Assembly: GCF_022539665.2 (NCBI RefSeq)
Contig: NC_081333.1
Location: 8,246,001 to 8,310,000 of the forward strand
From: Daphnia carinata
Lineage: Eukaryota
Length of the DNA: 64,000 nucleotides
Reading direction: 5' to 3'
This document shows, one piece after another, positions 11,729 through 24,185 of this stretch (positions are counted from its first letter, which is position 1; every line of letters begins with the position of its first letter). The translations under genes were made by a program, and so were the position numbers. Below the pieces are notes generated by a model, which was not told the origin of the DNA, did no database searches, and was given only the letters and a program-made list of their open reading frames with translations.

Positions 11729-14700
11729 TTAAGCATTAGATTGAATATTTAATTTAAACAAATGCCCTGTTAGAGGACATATTTGTCTGTTAGATGCACA
11801 TTTAGCATGTGTCAGTACTCCATTAGGATAGCGAACAAATCCATCGGTAGCTACAAAATTTTTTTTGCAAACGCAACAGTAGCTTGAATTCCGAATAGAG
11901 AACGTTTCGGTTTTTAATCTAATCAATTCATACTTGTTCGAGAGGTTGTCAATTTCCTGCAGGCCCTTCTCAACCTGCAAATGTAAGAGAAGGAAATATT
12001 TAATGTAACATTTGCCGTATAATTTGTCTTTTCGACCTTACCAATTTCATTCTCCTTTCATGTAACGCCTCGCGAACTGCAAAATTGACAAATGGTGCAA
12101 TTGCGTTGAGTCTGGTACTGTCGGGAAGACAAAGTAGGGCTGAAGAAACGTCAAACTGATGTGAACGGCGGCGCAACAAATCTACCACACGGTCAAACAT
12201 ATGATTATGGGCTTCGGTGACGCACGCTGTCAGCAGAGCATTCCAGGCATTCGGATTGTCTATGCAAGCACAATATTCTTCGGCAGCATCAAAATCCTAA
12301 TAAGGGGAAAATGTCAGGTAACATTTACTTGTCAAATATTAATTCCATTAAATTACCTGAAGAAGATTTATAAATGTATTGATGGCAGCACTATGTTGTC
12401 CGAGTCTCCCACAAACAATTGCGTGTTCGTGTGGAAAGCAAGGCGTGTTAAGAATCTCCAACAACTTTGTTAATTCTAGTTTTTGAGAAGTCCGAAGTAG
12501 GCTTCTTAGTTTGTTGGTTGTCATTCGATGTGAAGGGCTATTACGGTTCAAACCAGAGCAACTAATGTCGTCTATATACATCAGAGCTAACTGCGTATGA
12601 ACCGATTCCTCATCATTTTTCTTGTCAACTAAAAACTCGAGGAAAATGCGCAAGCTTCTAGGATAGTTTCGTAAATAATCGATTACGGCGCGAGGCATAA
12701 CACATGCCAACTTTTCTGAGGTAAATATTTTTGCGCCAAGTTCCTCATCTCGTTTCAAAATCTCTCCACTGAATCGCCAAATAAGAGAAATATCCCCACA
12801 TCTAGGAAAAATTTTGAAGTTATCGAAATTTATCGTGGATTATTGTAAAAGTATACTGCTACTTCATCAGTTGTTCGGCCACATGAGAATATCCGACAAA
12901 GTGGGAGTCTTCAATATCGGATTTGATTAGTCGATCCCAAATGCAAAAGGCTTCTTCCCATTTTTGTCTAGTGGCATAATAGGTTGCTAAGCAATGGAAG
13001 TGCCCGTAACTTTTCAAGAAGTCACATGTTTCATTCGGCTCAGCATAGCAGTCTACCATGAAATTGAGTAATTCCATTCCTTCCTGGTCATTCTTTACTA
13101 AGTACTTCAAAAGAGCCATATCGACAGCCTACCCACAATATTTCCGCCGAGATATAAAAAATTTTCCTACGATAAATGACAAAAATAACGTACCGCTTTC
13201 TGGTCAGTAGTTAAGTTCTTAATTCTCCAACGCCGAAGAAAATCGACAAAAAAAAACGACGCATTTCTTCGGATATCTTCTTCAGAAAAAAATTGATTAT
13301 GATACAAGTTGATAACCTAAGTAATTGAATTAGTGTAACATTTAAAAAAAAGGTGATAACTGAATACCTCGCGAGGATCAATATTGCATGTTTCGAACAT
13401 TTCCATTGCATCTGAAAATCGGGCAGAAGCAAATCGTTGTAATGCTACCTTTTTTTCAAGATCTATGAGCATGCGCTGATGTTGTTCTCTTTCTTTGGAA
13501 GAGATATGGGCATTTTTTGCCAGTTCAAGGGCCTCCTCGATCCGATTTTCAACGAGTAATTTCTCGACCTGTATCTCCCAAGATATAGGAACTAAGGCGA
13601 ACAGGTCAATCTGTGTTGATGCGAAGACTTGTCCATCTCCGTTGATGATGGAGCGAACGTTGTCAATAGCAATGGTTTGTTTACATTGCTGATCGATGAT
13701 ACTATACCAAATGACATTAAATTTGTTTCTTTAGAATACAAGAATTATGTCTCAATCAACACCTGTAAAAATCTATGCCTTGTCCACACACTGCGATAAC
13801 GTATGGGTGGTGGAAAGCTAACGCAGAGATTGGTCTCGAGAAATTAATAGGCGGTTTATCTGAAAATCCTTGAGACAAAACAAAGACTCCCAATCCACCT
13901 GGCCCGTTCAATAAAAATTCTCCCTTGTAGATGTATGAAAAGAATTAAATTTTAATAAGAAAAATAAAGGAAAAATTAGACAAAAGCAACAAATATACCT
14001 TTGATACTCTGTGAATAAGAGGAGGATGTTGTGGATCTATGTCAAACAGCTGTTGAAAATCCCCAGAAAGAATATCCAGCATGCAATATTTAAAGCCCAT
14101 AGCAAAGCAAATATGAGCTCCATCCATAACCAATGTTGAAGGTGTTAGACTTGTAGAAACTTCTTTGACCAATTTGACATCCTCATTATTTAGATGAAGA
14201 AAGAGAACTTTTTTCTTGGATCCTGCACAAATCTCTATTGTAAATGGATCTTCACTGAGTGGGTTTTCATTAAGATGGAAACAAGTGACAAATTTAAACT
14301 TCAGGGTTCTGACTAGTGATAAGGTTTCCAAATCAAGAATTGTCAAAGTTTCATTAGAAAGTATAAGCAACTGATTCAGTGCTGATATTGCTTTCATTTG
14401 TGTTATAGGACTATTGCTGGAATAGCAATTAATGGCTTTTGTGATTATCACTGTCTGTTCAGCTATTAGACAGGATTTCTTGAAGCAACACCTCAGTAAA
14501 CGTCTATGTTAGAGAAAGCAAATCCAGATTTTGAATTATGGTGCACAATTTACAGATGATTATATAGTTGCTTTACCCTTCCTTGCATCCTAGATACAAG
14601 AAATCCCCGCATATTTCTAGACAGGTTATCTAAATTGATTTTTCAAATTGTGATTATTCATTTTTTTCATATCAATATAAAATCAATTACGTAAAGACTT

Positions 14701-14783
14701 ACACTAGTTGCAGATGAGGACGCTTCAATGAGAAAACTTGGCAAATTTCCAGCAAATATTATATCAAACGCCTGTATACTCAT
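11729..14783 (-). CDS. TGFBRAP1: TGF-beta receptor-associated protein 1 / Vps3 (CORVET): CNH, clathrin-repeat and C-terminal Zn-finger domains, multi-exon
   Basis: Starts MSIQAF, then ITCLEICGDFLYLG, a CNH region (FHLNENPLSEDPFTIEIC), ESVHTQLALMYID and C-terminal CCVCKK...FVRYPNGVLTHAKC. Confidence 0.85.
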
Positions 14784-15266
14784 TTCAAGGTTTACCACAC
14801 TTTTGACAACCAGGTCCTCCTACTAATAAGTAATAACTAAAAAATTTTGGAATGGCAGACGGCTGTAAAAATGAAAACATTTACATTTAATCGATACCGC
14901 AAGAAATCGATGAAAAGCGAAAACGATAGATTTAGGTTACAGTTCAAATTTCGACCATTCCCTATTCCGTGTTAAAGTTCGTTCTAGGCATTTGCAAGTT
15001 GAAAATAATAGCCTTTCATATAATATTAAAGTTTAAGTTATTGTTAGAATCAATTTTTCGTGTCATCAGTGATCGTATGTGGATCGCGCACCAGTGTTTA
15101 GTACAGTGTATGGCGACTACCAATAGCTACGAAATGGCGGTTTGCAACCGCCAATGTGTGCACCGCTATTACCAAAGGATTAATATCGTACAGCATGTAC
15201 AAGAATACCTGGAAATTCATTGCCGTTGAACAGCTGAAACTTCCTTTTCATGCGGATTAGAATATC

Positions 15267-16171
15267 ATGAAGAATTCCTATCTAGTGATCACATTGGTGA
15301 CTGTTCTTTTCGTTGATGGTTGGTGGACTGGACTTCTTAAATGGCTCCTAGTCGGCACGGTTTCGAGCAAAATCATTGGTGCTGCTTTCAACACTCTTGT
15401 TGATATTTGCGCTTATCACCCAGACATTTGGGAGTCATCTGCTTATCTGCTTTCGTTACCTCGAAATTCAGAATTGAAATTTGATTGCCCACCAGGTAAA
15501 ACACATAATGCCTGTTCCCTCAGGCATCCATAAGTAATTGATTATATGCATAAAAATTTACATTTTTATCACTTCCTACCAATTTCCAGGATTTATCCCC
15601 GCCGCGAACCAAAGCCATTTCCCAACTAGCAATGGCTGCGGCGCTGAAGGACTTAAAGTAAAGTATCCTAATAAAATCACAGCACATCTTGAAGGCAAAA
15701 TTATTTATAAATATCAGTATCCATATGTTTTATTAATGAAAGATAGAATCAAAATATCTCCCGCATAATGATCAAGAAGATTGCTGTAACGCCCATGACG
15801 TTTGCTATGATAAATGTCATGCGATTTCGACAATCGCAATAAGCCTGCATCGAATTGGCTGTGACCAGAAGTTTAAAGACTGCCTGACAAAAATTTGTGC
15901 ACTCAAAAGTTGGCAGCTATATTTTCTTTGCCCATTCCAGATTTTGCTTACAACAAAATTCTGGAAAGAGAACTGCGAGGAACCGTCACGTTACGATAAT
16001 GAGAAAAGTTAGTCAGTAATGAGAAATGAAATATTTGTCAAAATAAATATCATTTTTTTGTTTCTAGAATGCAAAGCATCTGCTAAAGTTCTGTATGAAT
16101 CTGTTAATCGTTGGGGACATGACGCTTATGTCAAGGCTCAGTCCATAGCTTGCGTCTGTATTCCAGTTTGA
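15267..16171 (+). CDS. Secreted phospholipase A2, group XII-like, multi-exon
   Basis: Signal peptide, then CPPG|FIP...PTSNGCGAEG, CCNAHDVCYDKC (His-Asp catalytic pair), CDQKFKDCL and AYVKAQSIACVC. Confidence 0.85.
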
Positions 16172-17054
16172 CGAAACTTTATAGACCAACAACAAATATC
16201 GTTGGAATAATTTACTTACATCATAATCTTGTCGCATTTATTTACAGCATGGAATTTAGACAAGTGGCACATTTTCAAAAATAATAAACTGTTAATGACT
16301 ATATTGTTGCCTTACTTACTTAGCTGCTATGCAAAACTATGGCAGCACGGCGCATATCACATTGGGGCGATCAATAACAAAGCAATATGCAGCACTAGGC
16401 TCGACCAAACGCTGGCGCATCGATACAGGGTGTTGCACTAGCTAAAGTAGACGGGCGTAAGATACAAAATCGAAGAAGCTAGCCTTGTATCAGTTTTCCT
16501 ATTGTATTTCCTCTTTCTTCGATCCACGACCATAGCTGCAATTTGGTTACGAATCGTTAGTTAACGCATCCACGTCTTATGGATGGCAGCTTAATTGCCG
16601 GAAGTCCGCTCGGCTTGAAAATATCAAGTGCATCGGCCTCCAGCTGCTCGCTTTGCACCCCTTTGGTCGTTTCATTTCACTTGCCATAGTTGTATTCAGT
16701 TGCAGAGTGCAGTGTTGATCATCACAGACATAGAAATTTATCTTTTGTTACTTATTCAGTTATTGACAGGAAGCAAATAAAACAGACAATACTTATCAAA
16801 GTGAAAATATCTTGCAGTTGATTTGTCACTCGTTTGCCATTGGTCTTGGACTCGTAGCTGTTGGCCCTATCCCCTTCGCCCATTTTCTTGCCTTTTGTGA
16901 TCGGCTGTAGTAGCTAGAAGAGGCTTAAGCCCTGCCCTTAAGTTGGAGTCTTTTGGGGTGCTGAAGAATTGTGAAAGAGTCGGAAATTGACGTGAGAAAA
17001 AGTGTTCGTACTATTTAACTCTCGATATTTTAAGTTATTAAAAGCTGTGTAATC

Positions 17055-20000
17055 ATGTCAGCCGAAAGAGAAGCACCGGGAGAAGATAGTATTCGTGTTG
17101 TGTGTCGTTTTCGACCTCTAAACGACGCCGAAGAGAGAGCTGGGTCGAAATTTATCGTCAAGTTTCCACCCGGCAATGACGACCAGTGTATTAACTTGGG
17201 GGTAAGAAATTGCACAGCTCGTGTTAATATTGTAATTTCATCCAGATGAATTTTAATCTTTTGTCATTTACAGGGGAAAGTTTATATGTTTGATAAAGTA
17301 TTCAAGCCTAATGCCAGTCAGGAGAAAGTATACAATGAAGCCGCTAAAAGTATTGTTAAAGGTAATTCATTGTAACTGTTTTATAGTTAAGTTTGTTACT
17401 AAAAAAGTTCTGTTTCCTGATTAGATGTTCTTATGGGCTACAATGGAACCATATTTGCCTATGGACAGACTTCTTCTGGAAAAACCCATACAATGGAAGG
17501 TGTTATGGGAGACCCCCATCTACAGGGCATCATCCCTCGAATTGTCAATGATATTTTCAACCACATTTATGCCATGGAAGAGAATTTAGAGTTCCACATT
17601 AAAGTTTCTTATTTTGAAATCTACATGGACAAAATCAGAGATCTTCTTGACGGTACAATTTTTTTTTATTTATTTTTTTTTGTTTACCTTATAGTTTATT
17701 TGTAAAGCAACTAACTTTTAATTAAATTACAGTTTCGAAAGTCAATCTTAGTGTACATGAAGACAAAAATCGTATCCCATATGTGAAAGGTGTAACAGAA
17801 AGATTCGTTACAAGTCCGGAAGAGGTGTTTGAGGTGATTGAGGAAGGCAAAGCCAATCGACACATTGCCGTTACAAGTAATAGTTCCTCATAAAGAACAA
17901 GACGTAAGCACAGTTGTTCACGACCAATTCTTTTTGTTACAGATATGAATGAGCATTCTTCCCGAAGTCATTCAGTTTTTCTTATCAATGTGAAACAAGA
18001 GAACTTGGAAAATCAAAAAAAACTTTCAGGCAAACTTTATCTTGTCGATCTAGCTGGAAGTGAAAAAGTAAGAAAAAAAAATAAGAAAAATAAGAAAAAT
18101 TTGGCACTCTGGGTGAAATTCAACGACCATACGCTTCTTTTCCAGGTTAGTAAAACAGGTGCTGAAGGAACTGTCTTGGATGAGGCGAAAAACATCAATA
18201 AATCTTTGTCAGCATTGGGAAATGTAATCTCTGCACTTGCCGATGGAAACAAATCCCATATTCCCTATCGTGATTCAAAATTAACACGAATTCTGCAAGA
18301 GTCATTGGGTGGTAACGCTAGAACGACAATTGTTACTTGCTGTTCGCCAGCATCTTTCAACGAATCCGAAACAAAGTCTACCTTAGATTTCGGCCGAAGG
18401 TATGAGGCATTTTCCTGTTGCACTTCTTGGAATTATTTATCTATTTATGTTTGTGAGCAGAGCAAAAACAATCAAAAACGCTGTCACTGTCAACGAAGAA
18501 CTTACCGCCGAAGAGTGGAAGAGGCGGTATGAAAAAGAAAAGGAGAAGGCTCAACGCTATAAAACGAAACTTGAAATAGCAGAAGCTGAACTCAACCGTT
18601 GGAGGTCTGGGGAATCTGTCGGTCAGGAGGAGCAGGTAGGGAAACGTTCGGTTACAATAGTCTGAACCAGAATTGCTCATATGTGATTCTGTTAAATTCA
18701 GATCAATCTGCGAGATGCAATGGATGTATCTACTATCAGCGTTGACTTAACGCCTGTGGCCCCGGTTGCTCCCGTACTGCCACCAGTTGTTGCCGCACCC
18801 ACCGTCCGTGCTGATTGGGATTCTGAACGTGAACGGTTGTATCAGCAGTTGGACGATAAGGTTTGTTTGTTACATGGTTTTGGTGATTTGGGATTTTCAA
18901 AATATTTATTTAATTTTTAGGATGAAGAAATCAATCAACAAAGTCAGTTGGTTGAGAAGCTCAAAGAACAAATGATGGAACAGGAAGAACTGATTGGTGC
19001 TACCCGACGAGATTATGAATCGCTTCAACAAGAAATGAACCGTATCCAGGCTGAAAACGAATCGGCGAAAGAAGAAGTCAAGGAAGTCTTGCAGGTATGT
19101 TAACATATTTTTTTCACATCAGTACATTACAAGACGTTCCATATTATTATAGGCTCTGGAAGAACTAGCCGTAAACTATGATCAGAAATCTCAAGAAGTG
19201 GAAGCTAAAAACCGGGACAATGAAACAATAAATGAAGAATTATCTCAACGTCAAAGCCAGCTAAACAGCACCCTGTCAGAGTTAGCACAGGTTCGAACCA
19301 TAGTTCAGTTCTGAATTGCAGTAATAGGAATTATTATTTTTTTTTTTAGGTGAAAGACACTGCCGCACATCAACGCCGGAAACTAAATGACTTATTGACT
19401 AGCTTATTTAAAGACTTGAACGAGATGGGTGTAGCCTTTGGAGCAGATTTGAAATCCTCATTACAACCCTTTGATTCAAATAGCGGCAAATCAGAGGAGG
19501 AATTCACGATGGCTCGAATATATGTATCCAAAATGAAGTCAGAAGTGAAAAATTTAGTACAACGATGCCAGACATTGGAGTCTTCGCAAAGTGAGTGTTC
19601 TAAAAAGATGGACGAATCAGAGCGTGAACTAGTGGACTTGCGTCTCTTGATAAGCCAACACGAAGCAAAAATGAAGGCTCTCCAGGAGAATATGAAGGTG
19701 AATTCGACAGTTCTTGTATTTATCAGAAGGAATGTAAACCTACTTCTTACGTTTAGGAAGTGGAAAACAAAAAACGTCAGCTCGAAGAGGCGGTGGATTC
19801 CTTAAACGAAGAATGCGCCAAACTTAAGGCAGCTGAACAAATGCAAGCCGTATCTACCATCGATAAAGCAGCTGAACAGGAACAAGCTCTTTTGATCAAG
19901 GGCGCACTTGAGCAACAACTTGATCAACATAGGGAAGCTCATCAGAAACAAGTAAATCCGGTCTTTGAAATATTTTCTCATTCATCTAAAATATCACTTT

Positions 20001-20910
20001 TCATGATTCATCTTTTAAGGTCGCAATGTTGCGTGATGAGATTACAGACAAGCAGACGGTCATTGAAGACTTGCGTGATTCCAAACGAGAGCTGACCCTT
20101 ATCCATGAGCAACTCGTCCGTGACCACGAACGTCTAAAACAAGAAGAAGCGGACAAGAGTCACAAACTTCACGAACTTCTCGGTGCAAACGAACGTCGCG
20201 AACAAGCCAGACAAGATTTGAAGGTAAGATTTAACTTTTTTCGTTGGGGATAGAAGGAAGAAAACTTTGACGATAAAATTTTTTTTCATAGGGCTTGGAA
20301 GAGACAGTTGCAAAGGAGCTTCAAACATTACACAATTTGCGCAAGCTTTTTGTTCAAGATCTTCAGTCTCGCGTCAAGAAGTCATTAAGCGGCGAGGAAC
20401 CAGAAGATGGCGGTGGCTCTCTAGCTCAGAAACAAAAGATCAGCTTCTTGGAAAACAACCTTGACCAATTGACTAAAGTCCATAAGCAACTGGTAAGTGA
20501 CTTTAATATAGAATTTCGAAATCATATTGCCCTTTTATTGTACACGTTCGATTATAATGCTGTTTCAGGTTCGAGATAATGCTGATTTGCGCTGTGAACT
20601 TCCCAAACTTGAAAAACGCCTTCGGGCGACAATGGAAAGAGTGAAGGTTTTGGAAGCTGCTCTTAAAGAAGCTAAGGAAGGTGCTATGCGTGATAGAAAG
20701 CGCTATCAGTATGAGGTGGATCGTATTAAGGAAGCGGTCCGACAGAAAAACTTGGCACGCCGAGGCCATGCGGCTCAAATTGCAAAACCCATCCGTGCCG
20801 GTCAGCATCCTCACCAGGCCACTAACACCCCCACTGCAATCGTTACACCATCGATGGCTGTCCCTAAACGCATTCTAAGTGCCGGAGCTCAACAGAGAAT
20901 TGATAGCTAA
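17055..20910 (+). CDS. Khc: Kinesin heavy chain (kinesin-1), multi-exon
   Basis: [10 protein letters not shown]-loop [35 protein letters not shown], a coiled-coil stalk and the autoinhibitory QIAKPIR tail. Confidence 0.97.
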
Positions 20911-22059
20911 ACAATTGTTTTACATGTTTTGATAAGCAGCCTCAAACGCATCCTCGTAATTGATTTCCATCCTTCACCGTGGTAAAAGGTATTTGGTAAA
21001 TCGTCGGTGCGGTTCAGTCTTCAGGAAGCCGCAGCGTCACGAACGTTCCTTCAAAAGAATGTTTCCGCCTATATTTAATGCACGCACTTTTGGGGCCATT
21101 GCTTTTCTATTTCAAGGAATCACAGCGAACACTGCACGGCACTTGAAAATGGGCAATCCCTAAATTACAATAGCTAGAAATATCCAGTGATCCTTTACTA
21201 CGCAGATATCCCCACTACAGTATGACATTCGGCTGGTATTTCTTGTTGATTTATTCCGGTTCAAGTTCCGTTATTCAAGCTCTTCAGTCGTATTGGGACA
21301 GCAATATTTCTTTTCCCCATTTCTCACTTTTCACGGTCAATACCAAAGAAAACCGGGAAAAACAATTATATTACCGCTGATTTCAAGAAAAATGGCCTAT
21401 TTGATTTTTCCTGCACCCTTATTTTCGTTTGTACTTGACGATCTATCTTTTACGGGATTTTTCCCAATGTATGCTACGTATTCCTTCCGACATCTAGGTT
21501 TAATTTGCAGTAATTATGGAAAAAGGTAAGTCACTCGTACGAAAGGGGTTACACTACAGCAACTGAATAATTGTGGGAAATTTTACAATTTCTTTTATGA
21601 CCCCTGAACCTTTTTTCACCCCTGAACCTTCCACCAACTTGATTTGTTCACTAGGATCTTGGCGTATTTTTTCTTGATTGCTCCTCGATTCAAATACCTT
21701 TTAATTCTGGTTTCACCTGTGTTGTCATTGAATTCGCCTTTGGTGTAAATAGAATTTTGCTTGGCTCGATGAAAGAGCTGCTGTTATTATTTATAGTCAT
21801 TATTAATATTTAGGGAAATCAGAAGATGAGGTAAAAACGTTATTAGATATTCGTATTTTGGTGTCTAAGCAGAATTTTACCACAAAATTAATAAATTGGC
21901 TTACATGAGATGGGAGCTTAGCAACTTTTTACAGAATGTACGGACTACGAACTGCTTTGGAAACGTTGCTGTTGCCAATTGACGTATAAACCTAGTTCCC
22001 CAGAATTTTTCAGTAAATTAAGACCCTTTAACTAATATTCGAATTATCGCGGAATTACT

Positions 22060-23203
22060 TTAAAGCGTTTCTTTCTCGTCGGCTTTAGGCGATTTGATGA
22101 GGGCTTTTCGAGCGAAACGCGGTACAACAAAAGCTGCTGAATGCATTTCTGAAGAGTAATATCGTAGTTGCATTTTTTCACACTCGGTTTCAGACAATTG
22201 GTGAATGGGATTCCGAAACTGTGTCGCCTTAAAAACAAAAAAATGGAATTTAGAACATCTGCTATGAACAGCACTGCAATTGTAGGTATACTTGGTTACT
22301 TACAGGATTTGTACTGCATAAAATGAATCCTATTTGACCTCCAGGATATGTTGGTATACATGTATAGGCATAATCCACCACAGGAAACAATTCAGTGCAG
22401 CTTTTTAGAAGAGGAGAAATCAGATGACTATGAAACCAAGCATTTTCCCCTTGAGAGCACACAATGCCACCTGGCCTTAATGCTTGACGTACAAGTTGGA
22501 AATAACTCTCTTGAAACAAAGAAGCAGCTGGTCCTACAAACCAGAAAGGCCTTCTATAAAAAGCAGAACTTTAAAACAGTTTTTGTGTTTTACCAATTGG
22601 GTCTGATGAATCAGTGATGATAACATCAAATTCAGCAGGGTGATTCTTAATAAATTCAAATCCATCTCCTATATGAAGTGTTAGTTTGGGATCATCAAAT
22701 CCTTTGGCCATGAAAGGGAGAAATTTCTTTGAGACTTCAACAACTCTTTCATCTATTTCACATTGTACAACAGATTGTACAAGTGGATGTTTGACTAGCT
22801 CGCGTGCTACTCCTCCATCACCTCCACCCACAATCAAGACCTACAAGAAACCAAATAATGTTATTTTGAATCTTACACAATTATTAAAACTATGATTACC
22901 TTTTGGGGATTGGGGTGGCAGGATATCGGCAAAAAAGATATCATTTCTTGGTAAGAAAATTCATCTAGTTCAGTACATTGAATCACACCATCTAAAATTA
23001 GTACAGTGCCGTAGGTTTTCCTGGGGAAAAACATTTAATATAGTTTTCCAATTTGTAAGAAAATAAACCTACGATTTAAGGACAAGGATATCTTGAAATT
23101 CAGATTTTTCTTGATGAAGAATTTCATCTACTTCCAAAGAAATACATTGACCAGGCCACATGGGGCTCAATTCACTAAACCAACCACTCTTCAGGAAATC
23201 CAT
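22060..23203 (-). CDS. SRM: Spermidine synthase, multi-exon
   Basis: [54 protein letters not shown] and [11 protein letters not shown]. The last exon ends [15 protein letters not shown]...ETL*. Confidence 0.96.
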
Positions 23204-23480
23204 ATTTTCAAGTACAGTTTCGTAAACTTAATAACAACTATCACGGAAGAATCTAGTAAGATTGAGAATGAACTAAATCTTGAAAGTCAAATCCCCTTCT
23301 CGAATCCCGATTGTGATTTGAGCGAGCATGTGTCGTGACATTTCCGGGCAACATTGACAGGCATTCGTAAGCGACTTGTTTCCAAAATATGTGTTCTTAT
23401 GTTATGACTTTATGAGTTTGAGCCAAGGAACAATCTAGTCAAATCCGCAATTAGTTTTTTAAATGATATTTAAGAAACTT

Positions 23481-24026
23481 CAACTGAAACTTCATGTGCT
23501 CTTATTTAATTTTATTAATTTTTTTTTTTGTTTTTTTTTCTGGCAAAGGCGAGTATGACGAGATGTAAAACGTCGTTCTGTTTGAAAAGGGCGCGGGTTC
23601 GTCTGTAAAGAACACAAAGTGCGATTGTGGACTCATTCGGTAAGTGTCAACAGCTTGCTTTTTTTTTCTTACATTTATCTTTATTACATGTATGCTCATG
23701 TGACTGTTGAAAGCTACATACATTCACAAACTGAAAATCCATTTCAGAACGTTCGATTTGTGACAATTGGACGTGGTAACCATTTTGAGAAACATTGTGT
23801 TCATCGTATGTTGAGAAATCTATGCATATAGAGATGAAAGTGATCACATATGTATGAGTTCATTTCACTTCAATTTCACCTCAGTTTCACCTCAATTTCA
23901 TTTCAATTTCATCTCAATTTCACCTCAGTTTCACCTCAATTTCATTTCAATTTCTTCTCAGTTTCCAACATTTCCCTTCCACAATATTTTATAACCTTGA
24001 AATGATTTCCATGAATGTTTCAGTTG
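23481..24026. mobile_element. Putative MITE-like element with ~16-bp inverted termini
   Basis: caactgaaacttcatg (23481-23496) versus catgaatgtttcagttg (24010-24026). No TSD seen. Confidence 0.4.
23859..23965. repeat. 11-bp tandem repeat TTTCAYYTCAR, about 9 copies
   Basis: Directly visible, with two consecutive 44-bp four-unit blocks. Confidence 0.9.
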
Positions 24027-24185
24027 GTTCAACAAAATCGTATCGTTCTCGCGTTACTAGCGTATTCACGGTGTTATTGAGCTTCCCAAAATGGCATTTT
24101 TTGTACAAAAGACGTGTCTTCCAAAGCACATCGGCAGTCTAAAAGGAGCAGCCGTTCTGAGTAAACTTAAGGAAAACCCGTCACT

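Noticed and set aside
23859..23965. Regularly spaced repeats as a CRISPR array
   Set aside because: Contiguous 11-bp units without unique spacers, in a eukaryotic context.
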